A DNA stretch of 63,743 bases, the filler included, from Octopus bimaculoides (lineage: Eukaryota): NCBI RefSeq assembly GCF_001194135.2. It is 5 parts of 5 records of this genome, joined end to end, with 100 filler letters (N's around TTAATTAATTAA, not from the genome) between each part and the next. Parts side by side here need not be neighbours in the genome. Positions count along the whole stretch, not along the records: positions 19,619 to 39,571 come from NC_068995.1; 4 more parts are not named here. One strand, given 5' to 3'. Positions 23,447-34,919 of the stretch are shown here, piece by piece (position 1 is the first letter of the stretch; every line of letters starts with the position of its first letter). A program made the translations under genes and the position numbers. The notes under the pieces were generated by a model. The model searched no databases. It saw nothing but the letters and a program-made list of their open reading frames with translations, and had not been told where the DNA came from.

Positions 23447-23504
23447 TAGGTGTTTCGAGAACACTTATATCTCCTAAGAGATATAAGTGTTCTCGAAACA
23501 CCTA
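23447..23504. repeat. Perfect 27-bp inverted repeat with a 4-nt loop
   Basis: taggtgtttcgagaacacttatatctc-ctaa-gagatataagtgttctcgaaacaccta. Confidence 0.95.
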
Positions 23505-24882
23505 TATGCATGTATATAGGTATATTTATATATANNNNNNNNNNNNNNNNNNNNNNNNNNNNNNNNNNNNNNNNNNNNNNNNNNNNNNNNNNNNNNNNNN
23601 NNNNNNNNNNNNNNNNNNNNNNNNNNNNNNNNNNNNNNNNNNNNNNNNNNNNNNNNNNNNNNNNNNNNNNNNNNNNNNNNNNNNNNNNNNNNNNNNNNNN
23701 NNNNNNNNNNNNNNNNNNNNNNNNNNNNNNNNNNNNNNNNNNNNNNNNNNNNNNNNNNNNNNNNNNNNNNNNNNNNNNNNNNNNNNNNNNNNNNNNNNNN
23801 NNNNNNNNNNNNNNNNNNNNNNNNNNNNNNNCACACATACACACATATACACATATACACACATGCATTCATACATACACACACATATTCATACATATAC
23901 ACATGCATACATACATACACACATACATGTACACATACATACACACACACATACATACATACACACACATACACACGTACACACATACATGCATACATAC
24001 ATACGTACACACACATACATACATGCATACATACATACGTACATACATACATACATACACACACACATACATACATACATACGTACATACATACATACAT
24101 ACATACATACACACACACATACATACATACATACATACATACATACATACATACGTACATATCTAGTTACATACAAAGAGATAGACAGTATTGAAAAAAG
24201 TGATTTAAACACGCACATATGAACGCTATGAATGGGGTACTCCAGTTTGATCAAAACCGTGATCGCTAAGACTAACTTATGAACCCTACACACCATAAAT
24301 CTCCTTTTAAAGCAGAAGCACTTGTTATTATCAAACGTGATGTGCTCATGGAAATCAGTCTCAACATAGGCGCAGGTATGGCTGTGTGGTAAGAAGCTTG
24401 TATCCTAACCACATGGTTCCGCACTCAGTCCCACTGCGTGGCACCTCGGGCAAGTGTCTTCTACTATTAGCCTCAAGCCGACCAAAGCCTTGAGAATGGA
24501 ATTTGATAGATGGAAACTGAAAGAAGCCTATCGCATATATATGTGTGTGTGTGTATGTGTGAATTCTACTATATATANNNNNNNNNNNNNNNNNNNNNNN
24601 NNNNNNNNNNNNNNNNNNNNNNNNNNNNNNNNNNNNNNNNNNNNNNNNNNNNNNNNNNNNNNNNNNNNNNNNNNNNNNNNNNNNNNNNNNNNNNNNNNNN
24701 NNNNNNNNNNNNNNNNNNNNNNNNNNNNNNNNNNNNNNNNNNNNNNNNNNNNNNNNNNNNNNNNNNNNNNNNNNNNNNNNNNNNNNNNNNNNNNNNNNNN
24801 NNNNNNNNNNNNNNNNNNNNNNNNNNNNNNNNNNNNNNNNNNNNNNNNNNNNNNNNNNNNNNNNNNNNNNNNNNNNNNNNNN

Positions 24883-24918
<36 letters not shown>

Positions 24919-25084
24919 CATATACGAGTGAATGGACAAACGAAAGAAAGGCACTCAAACAATTCATTGGGAATTACATATATGGATCAAAACAGTTTGA
25001 TTCAAATTCGTTGGTACTCTTGAGTTTCTAGCGTGATGGTAATCTTCAGCCATTTTGAATTTGAATGAAATAAGTTGATTGTTA

Positions 25085-25424
25085 TTACCGTAAGGCGGGC
25101 TGCAATTGTTCGAGGAAGGTCACGTGGTTGCGTGGTTCGAGGAAGGTCACCTGGTCACGTAGTGTCGCTGACATATATCAGCGACGACAGTTAGTTCGAA
25201 AATACCTCATGGTGAACAAGAAATCGACCGCGTGGTGAACAGGAAATTGGTCGGGTTGTTAGAGGCGAGGTAAGAAGGGGCGGTACGTGCAAGTATTTAG
25301 GTGTATATGTGAGTGTGTGGACGCGCTCAAATGGTTTTGCGTTCGTCTGTATTGTTGGGAGGGTGCGCATCTGTACATGGGCACGCACGCGCACACCTCC
25401 CCCACATATATGAACGGACATGTG

Positions 25425-25458
<34 letters not shown>

Positions 25459-26124
25459 AACACATGCATACACATGTACGCACGCACACACCTGCGTATT
25501 CATTTATATGTACGTATGTATATATGCATGTATACATGCATGCATGCATACATGCATGCATGCATGCATGCATATTAGTGTGCACATGCACATGCGTACG
25601 CGGGCGAGCATGAGTATACATGCGTATAACAAGCGTTGAGGATTGGTAAGCGCCAGAAATTGGTAAGCGTTGGGGATTGGTACTAATGAGGTATATCCAG
25701 GTTGTCGGTGGTATACAAGTCTAAGATTACGTCCAAGAAATCGATCGTGGTCAAGTTGGTGGTAATCGTTACGGACAAGCCGAACTCCATAAATATTTTG
25801 ATCAAATCCTTCCTGAATCTGTCCATGGCGTGACCGTTCATATGGCCCTAACTTTTGCTGAGTAATGCACCAGCATTAGTGATCTTGATATCAGAGTTAT
25901 CATGAATGTCAGAAAGTCAATTCTGGTTCATGACAATTCCTTCTGGATGAAGAAAAAAAGGTGATTCATTGTTCAATATCTCTCTGCGGAGCTTTGACTG
26001 GGCTGAAATCGCCTACCTCGTCGGGTTGCACATCTTAGATACCCTCAAGGGAGTACTGACCCACATAGGTCGGCGCGCTACAGGGACGATGGCCTGGCTA
26101 TCTCTAGCCACATGAGCGGCCACG
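25085..26124 (-). mobile_element. PLE fragment with an inverted 5' segment
   Basis: Minus 25846->25660 reads HMNGHAMDRFRKDLIKIFMEFGLSVTITTNLTTIDFLDVILDL. Plus 25847->26124 reads LTFAE*CTSISDLDIRVIMNVRKSILVHDNSFWMKK..SLFNISLRSFDWAEIAYLVGLHIL..YRDDGLAI..MSGH. The left CpG-rich part is assigned only tentatively. Confidence 0.8.
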
Positions 26125-27049
26125 TTATATTTAAGTACGATGAGCTTCTTTCAGTTTTCCACTACCAAATTCATTCACGTAGTTGAGAAGTAATCTTCTT
26201 ACCACACAGCCACGCCACACCTATATTTTGTCTATCGTAGAAGAATAAACCAATTTATTGCACAATGAAATTTTAACAACAAACTCTTATATGGACCGCC
26301 AAGGGTCATACAGACTCCGGCTGAGAACCGCTGATCTCAGAGAAGGCTACTCATTGTTAAACTTGATTTCAGTTTCTGGTCATTCCAATCAATGACGGGT
26401 CACTGACAGGAGAGCTGCTTTACCTAAAAGTGTTAACACAGTCCTATATTGGCTCTTCATTTCATTATAATCCATTTCGCACAGAGGAAATTTTTGCAAT
26501 AACAGGCAGAGAATAGACTTTTAAAAACTGGTCGTAATCGTTAGAGCGGTTGATGTTCTACCAATGACGCAATACGATGTGTTTGGAAAATGCAAACAAC
26601 ACAAGTTGGCAATTTGGGAGGAGTTACATTTAAGAGTATAAGAGTATCCCTTCGACTTCGGGGATGGGAGGGTGGGTTACTACTGCTGCTCCCTCAGACA
26701 TGTTAGACTGCATCCAAAGAAAGGGCACCTGACAGATTTGAATGATCTTACTCGCCATCATACTCCAATTTCTTGTCCTTGGGTTTGCTGTCTCCTCTCT
26801 TTGCTCGACCTGTTAGAAACAGCAGCTGAATCTACCCCAAATCGCACTCTAGAAAGTTAAAAAGGGAAAAGGACTCATATATCATAATGAAATCCGAAGG
26901 ACTACTATCCCTTGAATAATACCAGCCTGCATGTTTTTGATCGTAGACTTGCTCGATAACGATTCACCTGAAGTTAAGCAACAACAACAGTAGTAGTAGT
27001 AATAACAGCAGCAGTAACTACAAATATAAATATTCTAGGTAGAGAAATG

Positions 27050-27510
27050 GTAAGTTTGGAAGCAGTTGAAAATAAATGTTCCTTTTCTTGCTAAAATACT
27101 CACATCTGCTAAGCAGCTGATCTCTGCAACGGTATATCATTTTTAATTTCCTTTCCAAAGAACTTATTCTAAGTTTGCTGTGTTTGCATTTAATATTATA
27201 TTCCATCAATATTCTTTGTGTTGGAATGTACAAATATAGTGTTAACATCAGAAATATGCTTTCTGTGTTGCTGCAGAACAACATTCCTGCCGGTACCATT
27301 GTATATTGTTTTGACAACGATACACAATGCCAAATTAAGGGCAGTTGCTGATCGCGTGTGGATCATCTACCAAAGATGTGGAAAATATTTAACATTTTTG
27401 TTGCAACTAGAGGTTCTTAGAATTTTACCGTCTCTTGTGTTCTTTAAATATTTTGAAATTCTTCTTTACTCTTTGGATTCCAAAATAATATCCTTCGAAA
27501 GGTAACTTGA
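27050..27510 (-). mobile_element. Decayed PLE linker/GIY-YIG fragment
   Basis: VKLPFEGYYFGIQR; DDPHAISNCP*FGIVYRC; IYNGTGRNVVLQQHRKHISDVNTIFVHS (YIGxTxRxLxxRxxEH-like). Confidence 0.5.
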
Positions 27511-28212
27511 CGTGATGATCGCAAATCTAAGAGAAGTCACAGACACTGTTCCATTTTGGTATCACTCTCAAATTTCACAGAACAAACATAGAATTGCAGA
27601 TATTTTTTTATTAAGTGTTACACTTCCGTTTTTTCTTTACTTTACGTTCATCCAAGAGTGCCTCTTTCACGGGGAACATTTTAAGAAACCAGTTCCCTAG
27701 CGCAAAATATTGTGCTCTTCTTTTTGCGTATGTATATACACATATTTGTATAAGTGTATGTATGAACGCACGTATAAATATATATGCTTGGATGCAATAT
27801 ACATGCGTGTATGATTGCATGCATGTATGTTTGCATGTATGTATGTTTTAGTTGTCTTTTTTTCACTAAGTTTATAGCCGTGGGATTATATGCATATATG
27901 TGTGTATCGGTGTATATATGTATATGTGTATGCTTGTGTGTATATGTCTGATGTGTGTGTGTGTGAGAGAGTACATAGGTATATGTACACGTGTGTGCGT
28001 GCGTGCGTGCGTGCGTTTTCGTGTGTATATTTATGTGTGTATGTGGTGTGCGTGCGTGCGCATGTGTGTATACATTATGTACATGAACTCGGGACGTTGA
28101 AACTACCAAAATAAAATAAATGATCTCATTGAAAAAGAACGGTTGAGTGAACTTGAAATGGTAAGAGAATGCAAAACGTGATGTGAGGTGAATGAAAGGA
28201 GAGGGAGAAAGA

Positions 28213-28256
<44 letters not shown>

Positions 28257-28371
28257 GAGTGAGAGGGAGAGACATAGAAAGAGAGAAAGGGAATAGAGAG
28301 GGACAGAGACAGAAAAAGAAAGAGGACGCTGAAGAAAATGGGATAGATAAATACAGATAGATAGAGAGACA

Positions 28372-28410
<39 letters not shown>

Positions 28411-28572
28411 TGAGTCAGAGAGAGACATAAAGAGATAGAGAGAGACAAAGAGAATGAGACAGAGAAAGTGAGAGATTGAAAGAAAGAGAGAGAGAGAGAC
28501 AACGAGGGTGAGATAGAGAGAGAGACAGACAGACATAAAGAGATAGATAGATGGATAGATAGATAGATAGAG

Positions 28573-28623
<51 letters not shown>

Positions 28624-28663
28624 CAGACAGACAAACAAATAGATAGATAGATAGATAGATAGG

Positions 28664-28724
<61 letters not shown>

Positions 28725-28909
28725 GTGTGTATATGAAATACAAGTCTAATCTCTCAAATTACGTCCCGCCATCTTAAAACAGAATGGACACGTTGGACAA
28801 TATAGTTAGAGATTGAAAAACAAGAGGAGAAAAGAGAGCGGGAGAGAATAGAAGAATGACAAATAACTAGCTTTTCTGTAAATATGTGTGCGCGTCTGAG
28901 TGATGGTGA

Positions 28910-28987
<78 letters not shown>

Positions 28988-29419
28988 ATGAAAAACGGAG
29001 AGAGAGAGAGAGAGAGAAACGAAGACTGACAAATAGCGTGCATTTGTGTATTCATGTATGTGTGACGTGAGAGAGTGAGAGAGTTAAGGGGTGAAACAGA
29101 GAGAAAGATAGGAGGAGGAGGAGGAGGGAGGGAGGGTGACAAAGAGAAAAAAGGGGGAGAAAGGACAAATGCGATAAGATGATTAGGTGAAGAGGAAAGA
29201 AGAAAAGAAAAACAAGAACGATACAATAAAGGGTAAGATTAAAGAAAAACTTAATGAAAGAAATAGGAGGGTACGAAGGAAAGAAAGAAAAAGGAAACGA
29301 AAGAGATTCAGAAAACGAATACAGAAATAAGGAATACAGCACATCACCACCAACAACAACAACGACGACGACGAAAACAACAATAGCAACAACAACAACA
29401 ACAACCAGAAGGACCTTTA

Positions 29420-29700
29420 CAAAAGAAGAGAGAAACCTGGGGTATTTAGCTATGGGTGTGTATAGTAATGTTATGAAGAGTTTCAAATTTAAATTTGATG
29501 GAAATAATATTAAGTTCCTGTCTGTTTTTCCTCAAACTGACTTCAACGGCGTGCATTACTACAAATAGTTTCATCAAGCAGAAAATATTTCATCTTAGAG
29601 ATTTTTCCTTCTTTTATTATGGCTGGATCATACGTAAGAGAAATTGATTGAAGTAGAGGAGCCAATGACGAAGACTGTATGGTCGATCGACTTGCTATAA
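29420..29700 (+). mobile_element. Possible decayed PLE linker/GIY-YIG fragment
   Basis: LGYLAMGVYSNVMKSFKFKFDGNNIKF...HYYK*FHQAENIS resembles the PLE xLPYxG...VVYKFxC region. Confidence 0.35.
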
Positions 29701-30004
29701 AAGAAAAAGAAGAAAAAAGTAGAAAAAAGAAGAAAAAAGTAGAAAAAGAAGAAAGAAGTAGAAGAAAGAAGAAAAAAGCAAGAAAAACGTCAGATTGAAT
29801 CATGCCGTCTTAAAATACGAAGTACATATTTGGCAATTAATCATAGACATACGAGATGGTCACAGGTGGAACGCTTTTGATAATATACATATGTTCAGCA
29901 AGGACTAACAGAGAGCTGAGCAGCAATAGGAATATCAATAAAAGAGGGGGTAGTTAAAGCTGGAATGCATTTAATAAGATGATAGGACAACCGCACACGC
30001 ACAC

Positions 30005-30057
<53 letters not shown>

Positions 30058-30489
30058 CGTATCTATGCATGCATGTATGTATGCATGTATGTATGTATCT
30101 CTCACTCTCTTTCTCTATCTGTATGTGTGTATGTGTGTGTGTTTATATATAGTGAATTCAAATGAATGAACATTAAAATTAGCTATAAGAAACAATGAGA
30201 TGACGTGTACAAGGAATGTATTCGTTTGACGTTCAATAAAATAAGTTTTGACGTTTTGAGCATAGCTCTTCGTCGGCAAGGAGAATGGGAAAGTCTGAAG
30301 AAGAAAAAAAAATCGCCAACAGCACGTGTGTAGTTACATTGCTGTACCTATATATATATATTTGGCCTAGGCACTGCGATGCTAATAACCCGGTGTTAGA
30401 ACTCGGTACGCATTTGCTTCAGAGCGAAGCGTTAGTTGGGTGCGGTGCACGAATAAGAAATTGAGATGAAAAAAACATAAACAATTATG

Positions 30490-30770
30490 AACTTCATTAG
30501 CTTACAGCTATTTCAGTTATAATATGAAATGCACTCATAATAAAGTACTTGAGTATCACCTTATCGCTTCATCGGAACTTCAAATAGGAAGTGTAATTTA
30601 TTTGGGAAAATATTTATATTTATGTGCATACACAGAATAGCATTACCAATAAAGAAAAACATATACGAATGGTGGGGGAGGGGAATGGAATTCCTGAAAG
30701 TGAGCGGTAAACCCCTCCCATAATTAAAATAAGATAAATACGAAAGAGTGTATATGGATAGGCATATGAG
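30490..30770 (-). mobile_element. pLTR-like repeat with a decayed long-helix-II hammerhead (30499-30580)
   Basis: Minus strand: aagtt-cCGATGA-ag...tataact-GAAA-t-AGCT-g-TA-agct. An inverted homologue lies at 31770-32015. Confidence 0.65.
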
Positions 30771-30912
30771 ACATTTCTATAGATACTAAANNNNNNNNNN
30801 NNNNNNNNNNNNNNNNNNNNNNNNNNNNNNNNNNNNNNNNNNNNNNNNNNNNNNNNNNNNNNNNNNNNNNNNNNNNNNNNNNNNNNNNNNNNNNNNNNNN
30901 NNNNNNNNNNNN

Positions 30913-30943
<31 letters not shown>

Positions 30944-30968
30944 AATTGAGTGAGTGAAATGGGTAAAA

Positions 30969-31060
30969 TCCAGGCTACATATGTTTCTTAGCTAGCTGAT
31001 CCTGTGATGTAATAATTTCTCAACGAGGAGTACTCAACTTAGCTAATCATCAGGCAGAGA
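30969..31060 (-). ncRNA. Hammerhead motif with intact core, long helix II and weak helix I
   Basis: tctctgc-CTGATGA-ttagcta...tagctaa-GAAA-c-ATAT-g-TA-gcctgga. Confidence 0.62.
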
Positions 31061-31617
31061 AGACGTTACTTAAATGAAGGTTACATTGTCGCTTAGAATT
31101 TCAATGTTAACTCACCGCAGATGTGAGTTGAAATGAATAACAAAGCCGGAAGAAAATAAAAAAACAGAATAAAATAAATAATAAAAACAAATGTTTGAAG
31201 AAACATTTATGTATATAGAAGGAAATGGAGATAGAACGACAGATGCAGGATCAGAGATAATGAGAGAAAAGGAAGGGAAAAGATCTAGAAAAGTCTTTTA
31301 TGATCATCAGAAACATTTTTATGTTTTCCTTTTCTGTTCGCATTCTTCGTTTCTCTCTTTTCTCGTTTTCTTTTATTTCTTTCATTGTCTCTAATCCTCC
31401 TTTTGTCATTCTCTCTGTTTCCTAGTATATATGCGCTCGCGCGTGCGTGCATGCGTATGTGTGTATGCGTGAGTGCGTGTGTGTATGCGTGTATGCGCGC
31501 GTGTGAGTGTATGTATGCATGTATGTATGTATATAAATATGTATATATATTTATATACGTATATATATATAAGTATGTATATATATATATATATGTGCGT
31601 GTGTGTGTGTATGCGTG

Positions 31618-31703
<86 letters not shown>

Positions 31704-31769
31704 TGTGTGTATTTACTGACAGTTCTTTTCACTGTCGCCTAACATCTTATCAGAGAAATTCCTCATAAT

Positions 31770-32015
31770 ACTATCTGTATACACTCTTTAAAATCTTTCT
31801 TATTTTAATCATGGGAAGGGTTTCTCTCTCAATCTCTTGAATTTCATTTCCCCAATACGTGTATGTTTTTTTTTCATTGGTAACGCTTTTCTGTGTATAT
31901 ACATGAATACAAATGCTTTCCCAAATAAAGTGCACATCATGATGGGATAAGGTGATACTCAAACACTCAACTATGAGTGCATTCCATATTGTGGCAGAAA
32001 CAGTTGTAAGCCAAT
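31770..32015 (+). mobile_element. Inverted copy of the 30490-30770 repeat with a decayed hammerhead
   Basis: Shares cttattttaat, ttggtaa.gct.ttctgtgtat, ttcccaaataaa, gataaggtgatactcaa...tatgagtgcatt and GAAAcagttGTAagc. Confidence 0.75.
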
Positions 32016-32062
32016 GAAGAGTATTGTATAAGACAATTGTTTATTCTTTTATCATCTCAATT

Positions 32063-32107
<45 letters not shown>

Positions 32108-32119
32108 TGTGTGTGTGTG

Positions 32120-32447
32120 AAATTGCGTGTCTCAGCAGTTAGCGCGTTGGGCCTACAATCATAGGATAGTGAGTTGGACACCCGGGCTGGGCTGTGTGTT
32201 GTGTTTATGGCAAAAGACACTCTATTTCATTTGGTTCCAGTTCTGTAGAAATGATTTGCGACGTCATTGGTGCCAAGTTGTATCGGCCCCTTTGCCTTTC
32301 CCTTGGATAACATCGGTGGCCGGGAGAAGGGAGGCTGCTATGCATGAGTGACCGTTGGTCTTCCATAAACACCCTTACCCTGACTTATGACTCAGAGGCT
32401 AACTTCCTATATGCAGTCCCATATTCATTCATGACCAAAGGGGATTA
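32120..32447 (+). mobile_element. SINE family C
   Basis: Homologous to 19155-19497. Confidence 0.85.
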
Positions 32448-32450
32448 ATA

Positions 32451-32526
<76 letters not shown>

Positions 32527-32559
32527 TTCAAAAATGGAAAAAGACAAAAAACAACAACA

Positions 32560-32740
32560 AAAAACAACAACGTGAGGACGTGGTACGGATAGTGTTACTA
32601 GACGCTCGGGAAAGGAAAGAGAGAGAGTATGACGTTTCGAGCGGAGCTCTTCGTCGGAAACAAGGAAAGTCCAAAGAAGGGAAAAACGGAGGAAGAAAAA
32701 ATCGCCACCGATGTCCACGAGGTTACATTGCATATATCAA
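32560..32740 (-). mobile_element. PLE pLTR-like repeat with a loopless-helix-III hammerhead-like motif (32627-32661)
   Basis: Minus strand: gttt-cCGACGA-a-gagc-tcc-gctc-GAAAC-GTC-atac. Related pieces lie at 30150-30330, 15780-15850, about 48500-48537 and 63645-63743. Confidence 0.6.
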
Positions 32741-32871
32741 GGACATTACTATACATAAATGCCTCACGCTAGGAGGGACACTTAAAGTCAAAACTACCAT
32801 AATAAACACATTGTACATTAACTTTCCCACCTGGCTGACGTCACTTCTGTCCAAGACTGGTTAGCAAGAAC

Positions 32872-34783
32872 CAGTGATTATCAACTTGTGGCAATGGTGC
32901 ATGTGGCTTTCCATTTGAAGTAGAATTTGAGAATAGTTACACAGCCTGACCATATCCGCGTATCTATTTTCTTTCCTTTATTATTTTTTTTTTTTTTTTC
33001 ATTTTTTTTTTATTTCATTTTTTCTACTTAAAAGTTCATCATGTCAAAGAAGACCAAAAGAACGCTGATCGAAGAANNNNNNNNNNGCAAAAGCAGTTAT
33101 TTCAAGCAATGGTAAGGCCCAGAAATATTGCCTCTGAAGCGACTTACAGAGTAGTTTCTATACCCAGGAAAAAAAAAAAAAGGGACAGCTATTCAGCGAT
33201 GTGGAAATCGTAAAAGAATCGTAAAAGTTGAAGATGTTTAGACCCCGATAAGGTTTCAAAGAACAAACAGCTGCCTCTTTCAGGGAGAACCATAACTGAG
33301 CGGTAGCATGAATTAGCCCTCAACGTAACAGAACAACTCCACACAGTACTGCAAACGGAAAATATATATTATTCAATCGCTTTAGATGAATCAACTTATA
33401 CTATTGACTCAGCGCTAGTTTCATACTTCATTCGGATCATTAACAGAAAATATCATTTGCAACGAAGAGTTACCGGTTTGGGACACTCAGACGAGTAGAA
33501 CACGTGGAACAGATAAACTTGGTCTGAATTTTGTTAATTTAATGAGTGTTTGTACAGACGGTGTGGAGGCGCAATGGCCCAGTGGTTAGGGCAGCGGACT
33601 CGCGGTCATAGGATCGCGGTTTCGATTCCCAGACTTGGCGTTGTGTGTGTTTATTGAGCGAAAACACCTAAAGCTCCACGAGGCTCCGGCAGGGGATGGT
33701 GGCGAACCCTGCTGTACTCTTCCACCACAACTTTCTCTCACTCTTACTTCCTATTTCTGTTGTGCCTGTAATTCAAAGGGTCAGCCTTGTCACACTGTGT
33801 CACGCTGAATATCCCCGAGAACTACTTTAAGGATACACATGTCTGTGGAGTGCTCAGCCACTTGCACGTTAATTTCACGAGCAGGCTGTTCCGTCGATCG
33901 GATCAACTGGAACCCTCGACGTCGTAAGCGACGGAGTGCCAACAACAATGTACAGACGGTGCACCTTCCATGCCAGAAAAACATGAAAGGTTCATTGCCT
34001 AGATAAAAAAAAATGTATTATCAGACCCAGATGCTTTTATTTCTTTTCATTGTGTCCTTTATCAGCAAAGTCTCTGTTCTAAATCTACTACCTTAAATGA
34101 TACTCTGCAATTTTGGATGAACATTTTCTCTAGTTAGCAAAGGTCATTGAAGAACAAGAGGATTCGTGCAAACCATTTGAAGAATACGCAACCGTTATAG
34201 ACTTATGAACTGAAGAAGTTAATGAAAGGTTTTCTGAGTTTGATAATCATGATATCACACTCAAATTAGAATTTCAACCTCACTTAGTTGATGTCTCCAA
34301 AGCTCCTGAAGAACTACAGATGGAACTGATTGAACTCTCACAAGATGACATTTTAAAGTCCTTATTTGACGCTAAGAACGATCCAACTGAAATATGGAAA
34401 AATGCAATAGAATACCCATGCTTTCGGCAACATGCACGAAAAATGCTTTCCTTCTTTTCAACCGCATACTGCTGCAAATCAACATTCTCCTACCTCACCA
34501 ACCAAAATCAAGGCGCTCTTAAAGCCACTTCAGACCTCCATGCTGCAACCAAACATTCAAATACTTTCTTACAAAAAGCAATCACAACAAAGTTATTAAA
34601 AGTGTCGTTAACTTTATAATTCATATTTTAAAAGATTGCTTTAAAGTTATTTAGTAGACAGTAGTTGGATTTTTTCAAGTAAAGTAAATTTTGAAGAATA
34701 ATTGAAGATTCTTGAATGCGGCCTTATTAGATTACAACTAACTTAATGCAGGCTTCCAATGTGAAAAGGTTACCCCACATCTG
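32872..34783 (+). mobile_element. hAT transposon remnant (GTF2IRD2/SPIN-like transposase), internally deleted
   Basis: ATG at 33041 (MSKKTKRTLIEE), QLPLSGRTITER, YSIALDEST, CTDGAPSM, FHCVLYQQSLC, and C-terminal LQMELIEL...FSTAYCCKSTFS. Putative ends cagtgattatcaac / aaaaggttaccccacatctg. Confidence 0.9.
33564..33948 (+). mobile_element. Full-length young tRNA-derived SINE (family B) with a 13-bp TSD
   Basis: TSD tgtacagacggtg at 33551-33563 and 33949-33961; A box tggcccagtggttagg, B box ggtttcgattccc; (AAC)n tail. Confidence 0.97.
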
Positions 34784-34919
34784 GCCTGATACATGTTAAT
34801 TTATGTGAGATGAACAGGAATTACATAGATGTATGTGTGTGAGAGGAAAAGTAAGTGTTGCATAACTCTATACATCTGTTACTGATGATGTCTTGTAAAT
34901 ATTTTTGCAGACCAGGAAA

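Noticed and set aside
27277-27501. 225-nt plus-strand exon candidate with good splice sites
   Set aside because: The opposite strand carries PLE GIY-YIG-like motifs, so the open frame is probably an antisense shadow.
29254-29420. Lys/Glu- and Thr-rich ORF start that looks mucin-like
   Set aside because: Purine-rich and (CAA)n simple repeats with no splice support.
33564-33640. tRNA gene call for SINE heads
   Set aside because: A/B boxes are present, but they run straight into SINE bodies with tails and TSDs; no complete cloverleaf was verified.
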